DNA of 47,416 nt from a virus. Lineage: Duplodnaviria > Caudoviricetes. A model generated the notes under the pieces. The model was not told the origin of the DNA. It worked only from the letters and a program-made list of their open reading frames with translations, and made no database searches. Where the stretch lies: positions 1 through 47,416 of IMG/VR virus record IMGVR_UViG_3300027533_000037. The stretch is one strand, 5' to 3'. Positions 1-8,142 of the stretch are shown one piece after another. The position numbers were made by a program, and so were the translations under genes. Position 1 is the first letter of the stretch, and the number at the start of each line of letters is the position of its first letter.

Positions 1-165
1 AGGGTGTGGCGCGGCGACCGGGTGGGATTATGAAGACAGAAGAAGAGTCGTCGTTCAGAGATCAGGCATCAATCGGACTCGCCCAGCTATGAAAGTTGGT
101 TGGAGCGCGACTTTTCTCCTTATGGTTACCCTGCCAGAATACATCTCGCCGCAAGTATTAAATGA
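1..165. repeat. Terminal direct repeat / circular assembly overlap (copy 1)
   Basis: Matches 47252-47416 except at positions 127, 130 and 131. Confidence 0.95.
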
Positions 166-262
166 GGTTATTGCCACCGCTGGTAGAATAGGTGGTCTCG
201 GCGACTTCCGGCCGACTTACGGAAGGTTCGCCGTTGTCTCCTATCGGGTGTGCGAGGGATAG
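2..262 (+). CDS. C-terminal part of Cas7/RAMP-like (Vipr-like) protein; continues from 46809 across the junction
   Basis: Frame 2 reads GCGAATGWDYEDRRRVVVQRSGINRTRPAMKVGWSATFLLMVTLPEYISPQVLNEVIATAGRIGGLGDFRPTYGRFAVVSYRVCEG, stop TAG 260-262. The C-terminal glycine-rich loop GGLGDFRPTYGRF is RAMP-like. Confidence 0.85.
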   Translation, partial: GCGAATGWDYEDRRRVVVQRSGINRTRPAMKVGWSATFLLMVTLPEYISPQVLNEVIATAGRIGGLGDFRPTYGRFAVVSYRVCEG

Positions 263-586
263 GTCCGGCAGGGAGCGGCTTGGGATGGCAGGGCTCGGTT
301 AGCTATGGCCGGGGGTGGCATGGTCCGGCATGGTACGGGGCAGCAATGCCCGGCATGGACGGGTGAGGTGTGGAGCGGCTGGCCGCGGCGCGGTCTGTCT
401 CGGTACGGCTCGGGGGGGCCTGGTGTGGTGCGGCAGGGTTAGGTCGGATTCGGCACGCCGTGGGGCGGCTCGGAATGGCTAGGTGTGGTCAGGCGGGCGT
501 CGGCATGGCGCGGCCTGCGGGGGTGCGGAGCGGCATGGCAGGCTCTGGGTAGGCATGGTGTGGCGCGGCTGGCCCTGGTATGGTGC
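262..586 (+). repeat. Array of 65 GGYNN-type pentamers in unbroken 5-nt register (putative guide RNA array)
   Basis: GGTCC GGCAG GGAGC GGCTT GGGAT GGCAG GGCTC GGTTA ... GGTAT GGTGC. By hand count 63/65 start with G, 54/65 with GG and 43/65 with GGY; the last two bases vary freely. Confidence 0.93.
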
Positions 587-615
587 CGGTTCAGGACGGC
601 AATGCCAGCAAGAAG

Positions 616-786
616 ATGAGCCGACCTCTTGAGTGGCCAGAAATGCCGTGGCTGACGCCTGACATTGGCTATATAGGTGAGTGGCGCGGCATCCTGTTCG
701 TGGATGAGGTGGTTGTTGGCAACCGGCGCCAGCGTCGGCGCCGGGACAAAGCTGAATCGGAGGTAGACGATGGCACGATCCCATGA
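616..786 (+). CDS. Small hypothetical protein (56 aa)
   Basis: ATG 616, MSRPLEWPEMPWLTPDIGYIGEWRGILFVDE...; weak RBS; overlaps the start of the next gene. Confidence 0.4.
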   Translation: MSRPLEWPEMPWLTPDIGYIGEWRGILFVDEVVVGNRRQRRRRDKAESEVDDGTIP

Positions 787-1357
787 CGACAGGCCTACCG
801 ACGCACCGAAGCCCGCCGACAGGTCAAATCCGCCCGGCGCCGGAGCCCCCTCGCCGGGCGCCCTGACCGCCGACGAGCAGGGCCGGCTACGGGAACTCCG
901 CGCCAAGCCCGAGGCCGAGCGCTCGCCGGACGAGAAGACGGAACTGGCCGGGCTGGAAGCCCGCAACGTGCCGCAGCCCGCCGCCGTCACGGACCGCATC
1001 CAGCGCGACCTCTCGCCTGACCGCGCCCCGGCGCCGCTGGTCGACATGCCGAAGGATGACGCCAACCGGCTGCGCGATCTCAGAGTCGCCAACGAACTGG
1101 GCCGCCTTTCGGATGGCGAGCGGGCCGAGATGGGCACCCTGTCGATGGCTGAATCGGAGGCCGCCGGCCACGTCATGTCGCCCGACTCGCCAGAGACCGA
1201 GGATGACGGCTCCTGGGTCATCGACGAACTCCTCGGCATGATCGAGGCGATGGTCGACCTGACCCCGGCCTATCGCAATATCGGCCTCCGGGTGCGGACG
1301 ATGCGCGCCCGCCTGGAGGAGGCGCGCCATCCGGTGCCGGTACCCGATAAGGGCTGA
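770..1357 (+). CDS. Hypothetical protein (195 aa)
   Basis: GGAGG RBS; high-GC3 codon usage; directly upstream of portal. Confidence 0.75.
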   Translation: MARSHDDRPTDAPKPADRSNPPGAGAPSPGALTADEQGRLRELRAKPEAERSPDEKTELAGLEARNVPQPAAVTDRIQRDLSPDRAPAPLVDMPKDDANRLRDLRVANELGRLSDGERAEMGTLSMAESEAAGHVMSPDSPETEDDGSWVIDELLGMIEAMVDLTPAYRNIGLRVRTMRARLEEARHPVPVPDKG

Positions 1358-1382
1358 TGCTGCGCACTAGCTGATAGCGTCG

Positions 1383-3605
1383 ATGTCTGACCTGCCCGCG
1401 ATCGCGCTTCCGCCGGAACGCGAGACCGTCGATCGCGACCAGGATTTGCTGGGGCGGCAGCCGCGCGGCGGCGCCTCCCCGAAGTCGGGCATCCGCGGCC
1501 ATCTCGACGATCTGTTCGATGACATCAAACGCGGCTTCGACGACCAGGAAGACCGCTCCGACGACATCCAGGATTATTGGGACTGCTATAACTGCGAGGC
1601 GAACCAACACCGTTATTACAACGGTATCGCCAACATCTATTTCCCGATCATCCACGACGCCATCGAGGCGATCGTCACGAGGTATGTTAACCAATTGTTC
1701 CCGCAGGGCGGCCGCTATGTGCAGGCGATCAGCGCCGACGGCGACACCGAATCCGCGCTCGTCGCGATCCTCGACCACTATATCCGCCAGGGTAGCGTCA
1801 AGACCCAGGTCGCCGAACCCCTGGTCAGGAACGGCCAGGTCGAGGGGCAATACAGCCTCTACGTGGACTGGGCCGAGGTCGAGCGGCAGATTGTTTCACG
1901 TGAAACACACGGCCCCATTGACCCAGAAACCGGCCAGGAAATGCCGGGCGAGGAAATCGAGGACATCACCGAGGAGACCGTCATCGAGGGCTACCCGGTC
2001 CTTGAGGTGTTGCACGACCCCGATGTTCTGATATTGCCGCCGACGGCCGACACGGTGCAGGAGGCGCTGTCCTGCGGCGGCTCCGTCACGATCGTCCGCC
2101 GCTGGTCCAAGGACAAGATCCGGGCGATGGCGCGGGCCGGCAACATCCGCGAGGACGAGGCGGATAAGCTCGTCGCCGAGATGGGCCGGGTCGGCGAGGA
2201 GGAGCGCAACACCGAGCGCCACATCCTGGAACAGGTCGGCATCCGCGACGAGGGGCGGATGGCGCAGGTCTGGGAAGTCTGGGCGATGCTGCCGCTGGGC
2301 AAATCCGGGCGCTACGCCGAGGATGGCCGCAAACGCCTCTGCCGCATCTTCTTCGGCCCGAAGCGCTGCCAATTGGGCGCCAAGCGCAACCCCTACTGGA
2401 ACGACCGCTGCCCGCTGATTTCGCGCCCGGTCAAGAAGATGGCCGGCGCCGCCAAGGGGCCGAGCCCGATCAAGTACGTGGAATCGTTGCAATATGAAGC
2501 AAACGATGCGGTTAACGAAGGTGCCGACGCGGCGACACTCAGTGCGGCGCCCATCGTTGCCCGTGACCCCGAGAAGGTGGACGGTCCGCTTGTTTACAAC
2601 GTCGGGGCCGTCTGGGATGCGCCTCCCGGTTCGGTTGAGCTTCTCACATTTCCCGACCTTACCCCTCGCGCGGCAACTCGCGTCCAAATGGCCCTACAGG
2701 CGATATTCCAGAACCTGAATGTCAACCCGTCGATGCTGCCGTCTTCCTCCTCGCGCACGACGCAGCCGACCCAGGCGCAGATCGCCCAGGAGCAGGCGGT
2801 CGACCTGCTGACGACGGCGATGGGTGTCTCGACCCTGGAGGACGTGTTGACCGAGGCGGTCGCCTGGATCGTCGACCTCGACTACCAGTTCCGCGACCGC
2901 AATATCCTGATCCGGATGTTCGGCGAGGAGGGCCGTAAGGCCGAGATGCAGTCGGTCAGCCCCCTCCAGAACCGCAACGGCCTGACCTTTGTCTGGCGCG
3001 GCGGCGAGCAGGTACGGCAGAACGCGATGATGGCGCAGCAGGGCACGGCGCTCCTCAATGTGCTGCAGAATCCCGCATTGGAGCAGCGCCTCAAGGCCGA
3101 GGGCATCCAGTTGCGCCTCTCCAAGCTGGTCAGCCAGATGGTCGCCAACGCCTTTGGCCCGGAACTGGGCGAAGCCATCCTGTTCGACCAGCGCAACAGC
3201 CTCTCCTTTCCGCAGGACCGCGAGAACGAGATGCTGGTGGCCGGGTTCGAGGTGCCGGTGCACCCGCTCGACAATGACGAGGAGCACATCCCGGAGGTCA
3301 TGCGGGCGATCCAGGAAACGGGTGACCCGCACGGCACATTGCGGGTCCACCTCCAGGCCCACCTCGCCCAGCGCGCCGCCAAGGTGCAGGCCCAGATGAT
3401 GCAGCAGATGGCGATGCAGCAGCAGGGCCAACCGCCGCGCCCCGGCCTGCCAGGACCCGCCGGCCCAGGCCGCCCGCCCGGCGCACAACCTCCGGCCCCC
3501 GGCTCGCAGCCGGCCGGCCCGCAGCAGATGCGGGGGCCTCCAGGTATGGTGCATCCCGATATGATGGCTAGGGCCGGGGGAATCTCGATGCCCAGGAAGA
3601 TGTGA
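1383..3605 (+). CDS. Portal protein
   Basis: 740 aa between terminase and scaffold/capsid. Typical podoviral portal features (N-terminal YFPIIHDAIEA, RCPLISRP, Q/P-rich C-terminal tail, DNDEEHI motif). Confidence 0.85.
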   Translation: MSDLPAIALPPERETVDRDQDLLGRQPRGGASPKSGIRGHLDDLFDDIKRGFDDQEDRSDDIQDYWDCYNCEANQHRYYNGIANIYFPIIHDAIEAIVTRYVNQLFPQGGRYVQAISADGDTESALVAILDHYIRQGSVKTQVAEPLVRNGQVEGQYSLYVDWAEVERQIVSRETHGPIDPETGQEMPGEEIEDITEETVIEGYPVLEVLHDPDVLILPPTADTVQEALSCGGSVTIVRRWSKDKIRAMARAGNIREDEADKLVAEMGRVGEEERNTERHILEQVGIRDEGRMAQVWEVWAMLPLGKSGRYAEDGRKRLCRIFFGPKRCQLGAKRNPYWNDRCPLISRPVKKMAGAAKGPSPIKYVESLQYEANDAVNEGADAATLSAAPIVARDPEKVDGPLVYNVGAVWDAPPGSVELLTFPDLTPRAATRVQMALQAIFQNLNVNPSMLPSSSSRTTQPTQAQIAQEQAVDLLTTAMGVSTLEDVLTEAVAWIVDLDYQFRDRNILIRMFGEEGRKAEMQSVSPLQNRNGLTFVWRGGEQVRQNAMMAQQGTALLNVLQNPALEQRLKAEGIQLRLSKLVSQMVANAFGPELGEAILFDQRNSLSFPQDRENEMLVAGFEVPVHPLDNDEEHIPEVMRAIQETGDPHGTLRVHLQAHLAQRAAKVQAQMMQQMAMQQQGQPPRPGLPGPAGPGRPPGAQPPAPGSQPAGPQQMRGPPGMVHPDMMARAGGISMPRKM

Positions 3606-4243
3606 TGTTGGAGTGGCGACCGATCCCCGGCTATGAGGGGTTATATGAGGTCTCGGCGGAGGGGGATGTCCGCTCTCTGCCGCGCCTGATCCCGTGCGCC
3701 AGCGGCGAATCCCGACGTTTCGCGGGACGGGGGCTCACGCCAGACCCCAACAAGTGGGGGTATTTACGTGTGACGCTACACCGAAGTGGGCGCCAAAAGC
3801 GATGCGGCGTGCACGAACTGGTGGCGCTGGCCTTTATTGGCCCAAAGCCAGTTGGCGCGTGGGTGCTCCATCGAGACGACGACAAGCGCAAAAATATCCC
3901 CGGTAATCTCTACTATGGAACCCGGGCCGAAAATGCCAAGGATGCGATAGCGAATGGCCGCCAGGTTCGCGGCAGCCGCGTATCGAACAGCAAACTTACC
4001 GAGGCCGATATTCCGTCGATCTTGGCGATGCGATCCCGCGGGGAAACCTACAAAGGGATCGGCATCGCTTTCGGCGTGGCGACATCAACCATATTCCAGA
4101 TTTGCGTGGGGAAATGGTGGAAGGAGGCTGCGCTGGCCATACACCCCGACCAACTATCGAGAGCTGGGGGCATCGGATTCCCGCGCAAGATGCGGCTTGA
4201 CAAAACCACATCTAGCGGTCTTACCCTGATCGTGCGCGCGTAA
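3602..4243 (+). CDS. NUMOD4-HNH homing endonuclease
   Basis: EWRPIPGYEGLYEVSAEGDVRS (NUMOD4), VHELVALAFIGPKP..VLHRDDDKRKNIPGNLYYGTRAENAKD (HNH), C-terminal HTH. Confidence 0.9.
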   Translation: MMLEWRPIPGYEGLYEVSAEGDVRSLPRLIPCASGESRRFAGRGLTPDPNKWGYLRVTLHRSGRQKRCGVHELVALAFIGPKPVGAWVLHRDDDKRKNIPGNLYYGTRAENAKDAIANGRQVRGSRVSNSKLTEADIPSILAMRSRGETYKGIGIAFGVATSTIFQICVGKWWKEAALAIHPDQLSRAGGIGFPRKMRLDKTTSSGLTLIVRA

Positions 4244-4303
4244 GGCGCGGGAACCTGGGCGGTATCGCCGGCTCGGCGTGTAGCCAGGGGACGGGAGAAT
4301 CGA

Positions 4304-5110
4304 ATGTCGGACGATCCGAAACTTCCCCTGGTAGACGGGGGCGAGGAGCTTGACCTTGGCGAAATCGAAGAAGTCGAAGGGCAAGATGCCGGGCTTTATG
4401 GCGATGAAGCCGTCGAAGAAGGGGATGCCCCCGATGAAGGGCCCGATGGCGAAGAAGGCGCCGAAGAAGATGTAGACCCGAGCCCCAGGCGCCGGCCGGG
4501 CCGCTCCGAGCGGTTGCGCGAAAAGAACGCGCAGCTTGAGCGGGAACTGGCGGAGGCGCGGGGGTTCAGGCAGGCGGCGGAGCAGCTTCAGCGGTTCCAG
4601 CCCCAGCAGCAGCAGGTTAACGCCGAGGCGGAGCGGGTAGCAAGGTGGGAGAACGAAAATCTCCCGATGATGTCGGCGCAGGAGATCAGCGCCTACTACT
4701 ACAACAAGGGTATCCAGCAGACGCAGCAGCAGATGCTGATGCAGCAGCTGCAAACCGAGGACCGGATTGACAAGCGCGACTTCGACCAGCAGGCCCGAAC
4801 CAGCCGCGTCCACTCCCAGTACCGGGAAGAGGTCGAGCGCGAGCTTAATGCCGAGCGGCAGCGGGGAAACCTGCGCGCCTCGCGCGACGATATCCTGCAT
4901 CGCCTCGTCGGCCGTGACGCGGTTCAGCGTGCCGCGCGGGCAGCTCCTGCGCAGCGCCGCAGTGCGCAGCGCCGTGTTGAGGGCCAGCAGACGCGCCCGA
5001 CCAATGGGCGAGGGGACGGAGCCAGCGGCGGTCGCCGCCCGGCCCCCGGATCACCCGAGCACGACGAGATGCTCGTCCAGCAGTATTTCCAGGGTGGCGG
5101 ACGGTTGTAG
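4304..5110 (+). CDS. Putative scaffolding protein
   Basis: Acidic N-terminus, coiled-coil Q/E/R-rich body, immediately upstream of the capsid gene, GGGAG RBS. Confidence 0.7.
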   Translation: MSDDPKLPLVDGGEELDLGEIEEVEGQDAGLYGDEAVEEGDAPDEGPDGEEGAEEDVDPSPRRRPGRSERLREKNAQLERELAEARGFRQAAEQLQRFQPQQQQVNAEAERVARWENENLPMMSAQEISAYYYNKGIQQTQQQMLMQQLQTEDRIDKRDFDQQARTSRVHSQYREEVERELNAERQRGNLRASRDDILHRLVGRDAVQRAARAAPAQRRSAQRRVEGQQTRPTNGRGDGASGGRRPAPGSPEHDEMLVQQYFQGGGRL

Positions 5111-5156
5111 GGGGACGGTCCAGACCCTCCCCCTCGGACAGGGAGGGTTTTAAGCG

Positions 5157-6509
5157 ATGGCGGCCACGGTCAATACCTCAGCAAATTTCGCTGGCGCGAT
5201 CACCCGCACCATCGACAGGAAGGCGTTGCAGGTCGCGCAGCGCTACCTCGTCCTTTATCAATTCGCCGACAAGAAGACGCTGGATCACGGCCACGGCGTC
5301 ACCTGGACGGCGAACCGCTGGAACCGCCTGCCATTGCCGACCGCCCCCGTCTCCGAGGGCGTGCCGCCGGCGCCGAACCAGCTGACCTTCAGCCAGGTAA
5401 CCGGCATCGCCTTGCAGTGGGCCGGCCGCATCGTCTTCACCGATGTCGCGATGGTGACGGTGCAGCAGGACCTGCTCTCGATCGCCTCCGACCGCCTCGG
5501 TATGCAACTTGCCGAGACGAAGGAGCGCAACGGCTGGAACGCGCTCAACGCCGTCAGCCAGGTCAACTACGTCGCGGCGGCCGGCTCTCGGGCCGCGCTG
5601 GTGGCGGGCAACAACCTCGACCCGACGACGCTGACTCGCACCTACACGAACCTGAAGGCGATCGGCGCGCCGCTGTGGAATGGTCCCTCCGGCGAGACCA
5701 TCAACCGCGACACCGACTACAACATGCGCCAGGGCGAGATGCAGCCCGGCCGCTCGGGCCACCTGATCGCGGTAACCAGCCCCTTTGTCTTACAAGACGT
5801 GAAAAGCAACCCGCTGGTGGTGCAGACCTACCAGCACACCGACGCCGGCCAGAAGCACCTCTATACGAACGAGAGCGGTGCCTGGGGCGGCATGGTGATC
5901 GTCGAATCGAACATGCTGCCGTCGTGGACCGGCGTCGCCGCCGTACAGGGCGCGAACGCGGTGGGCTCGCTCACCACCGCCACTTACACGGTCCAGGTGA
6001 CCGGTTGGGACAACCAGAATTTCTACGAATCTCGCATCTACCAGCTGTCGAACAACATCAGCGTGACGACCGGCGGCATCGCCGTGACCACGCCGTCCAC
6101 CGCCGGCTTCACCTACGCGATCTATGTCGGGGTGGGCGCCGCGGCGGCTCCGACGAACCTGGGCCTGACGACCAGCGGCCCCTCGAGCGGCCCCTACTCG
6201 GGACAGGCGATCCAGTTGCCGCCGTCCACCGCCGTCACGATCACCGGCGTCGGGCTCTACCAGATACCGCCGGCGGCTCCGGCCACCGGGGTCACGGTCT
6301 ACCCGACATATGTCTTCGGCAAGGATGCTTTCGCCTGCCTGAAGCTGATGAACGTGGAGTGGAACCGGCTATATAACGCTGATAAGTCGGACCCCCACAA
6401 CCAGCTGCGCGTGATCGGGTACAAGTTTATGGAGGGGTGGATTATACTCAATCAATTGTTCCTCGCAAGAATTGAAAGCACCGCGTCAAGCACTGGTACT
6501 TTCGGCTGA
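5157..6509 (+). CDS. Major capsid protein (N4-gp56-like, with a beta-rich insertion domain)
   Basis: 450 aa; LYQFADKKTL..G..V.WT, PVSEGVPP, and C-terminal YPTYVFGKDAF...DKSDPHNQLRVIGYK, as in N4-gp56-family capsids. Confidence 0.85.
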   Translation: MAATVNTSANFAGAITRTIDRKALQVAQRYLVLYQFADKKTLDHGHGVTWTANRWNRLPLPTAPVSEGVPPAPNQLTFSQVTGIALQWAGRIVFTDVAMVTVQQDLLSIASDRLGMQLAETKERNGWNALNAVSQVNYVAAAGSRAALVAGNNLDPTTLTRTYTNLKAIGAPLWNGPSGETINRDTDYNMRQGEMQPGRSGHLIAVTSPFVLQDVKSNPLVVQTYQHTDAGQKHLYTNESGAWGGMVIVESNMLPSWTGVAAVQGANAVGSLTTATYTVQVTGWDNQNFYESRIYQLSNNISVTTGGIAVTTPSTAGFTYAIYVGVGAAAAPTNLGLTTSGPSSGPYSGQAIQLPPSTAVTITGVGLYQIPPAAPATGVTVYPTYVFGKDAFACLKLMNVEWNRLYNADKSDPHNQLRVIGYKFMEGWIILNQLFLARIESTASSTGTFG

Positions 6510-7124
6510 GGTTAAATACTTAACCGCAGCCAGGAGAGCATCTTTAGAATGCTTCAGGTAGCCGATACCACGGTTGCAGTTGCTGCACAGGAGCCCACGA
6601 ACCGCTCCTGTGTCGTGACAGTGATCGACGGCGAAGCGCCTTGTGCGCCGCCGGGTTCGGCTGCCTGGATCGTCCGTTCCACAGATGCCGCATTTCCCGT
6701 CCTGGGCGGCGAGTATCCTGTCGTAGGCTCCCGGCTCAAGCCCGTAGGTTTTCTTGAGTTCGTAGTCTGCGTACCGGAGTGGGTCGGCGTGGTATCGTCG
6801 CAGGGCCGCTGCTGCCAAGTGCTCCCGGTTCTCGCGCGAATATTTGGCGTTCCTCTCGGCAACGCAGGCGCGGCAGGTGCGGTCGAGGCCATCGTGAAAT
6901 CCCCTATTGCGAGGAAAGTCGGCTGGCGGCTTGGCGTTCTTGCACCTCCAGCAGCGCTTCATGCCATCTGGCGCATCTTCCTTCTTTGGCCTCATCTTGT
7001 AACGGGCCTGCCGGGCCGCGTAGCATGGCTTGCAGGTCGGGCTGTAGCCGCCAGCGTTGCGCGGGCTGGCGAAGTACTCGGCAAGAGGCTTGGTCTCGCC
7101 GCAGTCGCGGCATACCTTGTCCAT
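6486..7124 (-). CDS. Endonuclease VII-family homing endonuclease
   Basis: Start MDKVCRDCGE with GGGGAG RBS; two CxxC zinc modules; QDGKCGICG..FAVDHCHDTGAVRGLLCSNCNRGIG. Antisense, overlapping the capsid stop. Confidence 0.9.
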   Translation of the reverse strand: MDKVCRDCGETKPLAEYFASPRNAGGYSPTCKPCYAARQARYKMRPKKEDAPDGMKRCWRCKNAKPPADFPRNRGFHDGLDRTCRACVAERNAKYSRENREHLAAAALRRYHADPLRYADYELKKTYGLEPGAYDRILAAQDGKCGICGTDDPGSRTRRRTRRFAVDHCHDTGAVRGLLCSNCNRGIGYLKHSKDALLAAVKYLTSAESTSA

Positions 7125-7190
7125 GATTTCTCCCCTGTCTGCGGTGTAGAAACTGTAGCATAGGCGGCAAAGCGGGGAAAGGATAAACTT

Positions 7191-7511
7191 ATGGCGATGA
7201 AGTTGCGCTTGAGCGGCCGGTTTCGCGTCGAGGCGGTGGGCGCCGGCACCGGGCCTTCGGGCCTGGGCGGCCTCAACGCCGACGATCCGGCCTACGGGCA
7301 GAACGAGTATCCGGGGGCCGCGCCGATGGCGCAGACCATCTACTTCCAGGATGCCGAATTGATCCCCGGCACCGACGGGGCGGTGACCCTGGCGAACATC
7401 AAGACGGCGGCCGACGCGATGGCGACGACGCTGGCGGGTTCGTCCGGGACGCCGCTGATCGACGCCGCGACCCTGGCGCAGATCAATGCATGGTTCCAAG
7501 GTGGGAGCTGA
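7191..7511 (+). CDS. Hypothetical virion-module protein (106 aa)
   Basis: Coding-like codon usage, RBS, head-module position. Confidence 0.7.
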   Translation: MAMKLRLSGRFRVEAVGAGTGPSGLGGLNADDPAYGQNEYPGAAPMAQTIYFQDAELIPGTDGAVTLANIKTAADAMATTLAGSSGTPLIDAATLAQINAWFQGGS

Positions 7512-7514
7512 GGT

Positions 7515-7547
7515 ATAATGCCCCTCCTGTTTCGGAGGGGGCATTAT
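7515..7547 (+). promoter_or_regulatory. Hairpin sequestering the RBS and start codon of the HNH gene
   Basis: ATAATGCCCCTCC (7515-7527) pairs with GGAGGGGGCATTAT (7534-7547) with one bulge; TATAAT at 7514-7519. Confidence 0.65.
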
Positions 7548-8142
7548 GGAGTGGAGACTAGTGGTGGGGTATGAGGCGTTCTACGAAGTGAGCGATCAGG
7601 GCGATGTGAGGTCCTTGCCTCGTCGCGTTGGAGCCAAGGATGGTGGGACGCGCGTTCGGAAGCCTCATGTGTTGAGGCCGATCGTCTGGAAAAACCAGCA
7701 CTGGAGGGTGAGGCTCACTGACGCCTCGGGGGTCGCGAAGGAGAGAAAAGTTCACCACCTTGTGGCTGCGGCGTTTTTGGGGCCACGTCCGGCCGGTATG
7801 GGTGCGCTACACAAGGACGATGACAAGTCGCGGAATTGTCTGGCCAACCTTTACTACGGGACGCCGGCCCAAAATACGCGGGACAAGATGGCGAACGGCA
7901 AGCACAGATACGGCATCTCTCTTGGAGAGAAGCACGGGCAAAGCCGCCTAACCGAGAAGGATATTCCTGAAATTCTAAGGATGCGCGAGGGTGGAATGAC
8001 ATTCAGAGCGTTGGCCGCGGCTTTCGATATGTCGGAAATGGCGATACAGAGTGTCGTGCGCGGACGCAGTTGGGGGTGGCTCTCGGGGGTCAAGTTCGAG
8101 CCCAGGCGCGGTCGCTATGTGACGGTTAAGAGGAGCGCCTGA
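7546..8142 (+). CDS. NUMOD4-HNH homing endonuclease
   Basis: MEWRLVVGYEAFYEVSDQGDVRS; VHHLVAAAFLGPRP..ALHKDDDKSRNCLANLYYGTPAQNTRD; paralog of 3602-4243. Confidence 0.9.
   Translation: MEWRLVVGYEAFYEVSDQGDVRSLPRRVGAKDGGTRVRKPHVLRPIVWKNQHWRVRLTDASGVAKERKVHHLVAAAFLGPRPAGMGALHKDDDKSRNCLANLYYGTPAQNTRDKMANGKHRYGISLGEKHGQSRLTEKDIPEILRMREGGMTFRALAAAFDMSEMAIQSVVRGRSWGWLSGVKFEPRRGRYVTVKRSA

Noticed and set aside
1-165. Biological terminal repeat or attL/attR
   Set aside because: It falls mid-gene and no integrase is seen; circular assembly overlap is more likely.
370-552. 60-aa ORF, and minus-strand ORFs 439-1239 and 479-784, over the array
   Set aside because: G/A/R-rich translation produced by the pentamer pattern; no RBS; periodicity is 5, not 3.
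262-586. CRISPR array
   Set aside because: No 23-50 bp repeats with unique spacers; the period is 5 nt.
262-586. Simple microsatellite or G-quadruplex-only explanation
   Set aside because: Units are not identical and keep exact phase, and the same pattern recurs at three sites around one gene. G4 formation is possible but does not explain this.
4197-4227. TTGACA promoter before the scaffold gene
   Set aside because: No good -10 at 16-18 nt spacing.
7125-7544. N-terminal 140 aa of the 352-aa minus ORF
   Set aside because: Antisense to the gene at 7191-7511; the good RBS and start are at 7124.
3602-8142. Group I introns or inteins hosting the endonucleases
   Set aside because: Portal and capsid ORFs are continuous and the endonuclease genes are free-standing between genes.
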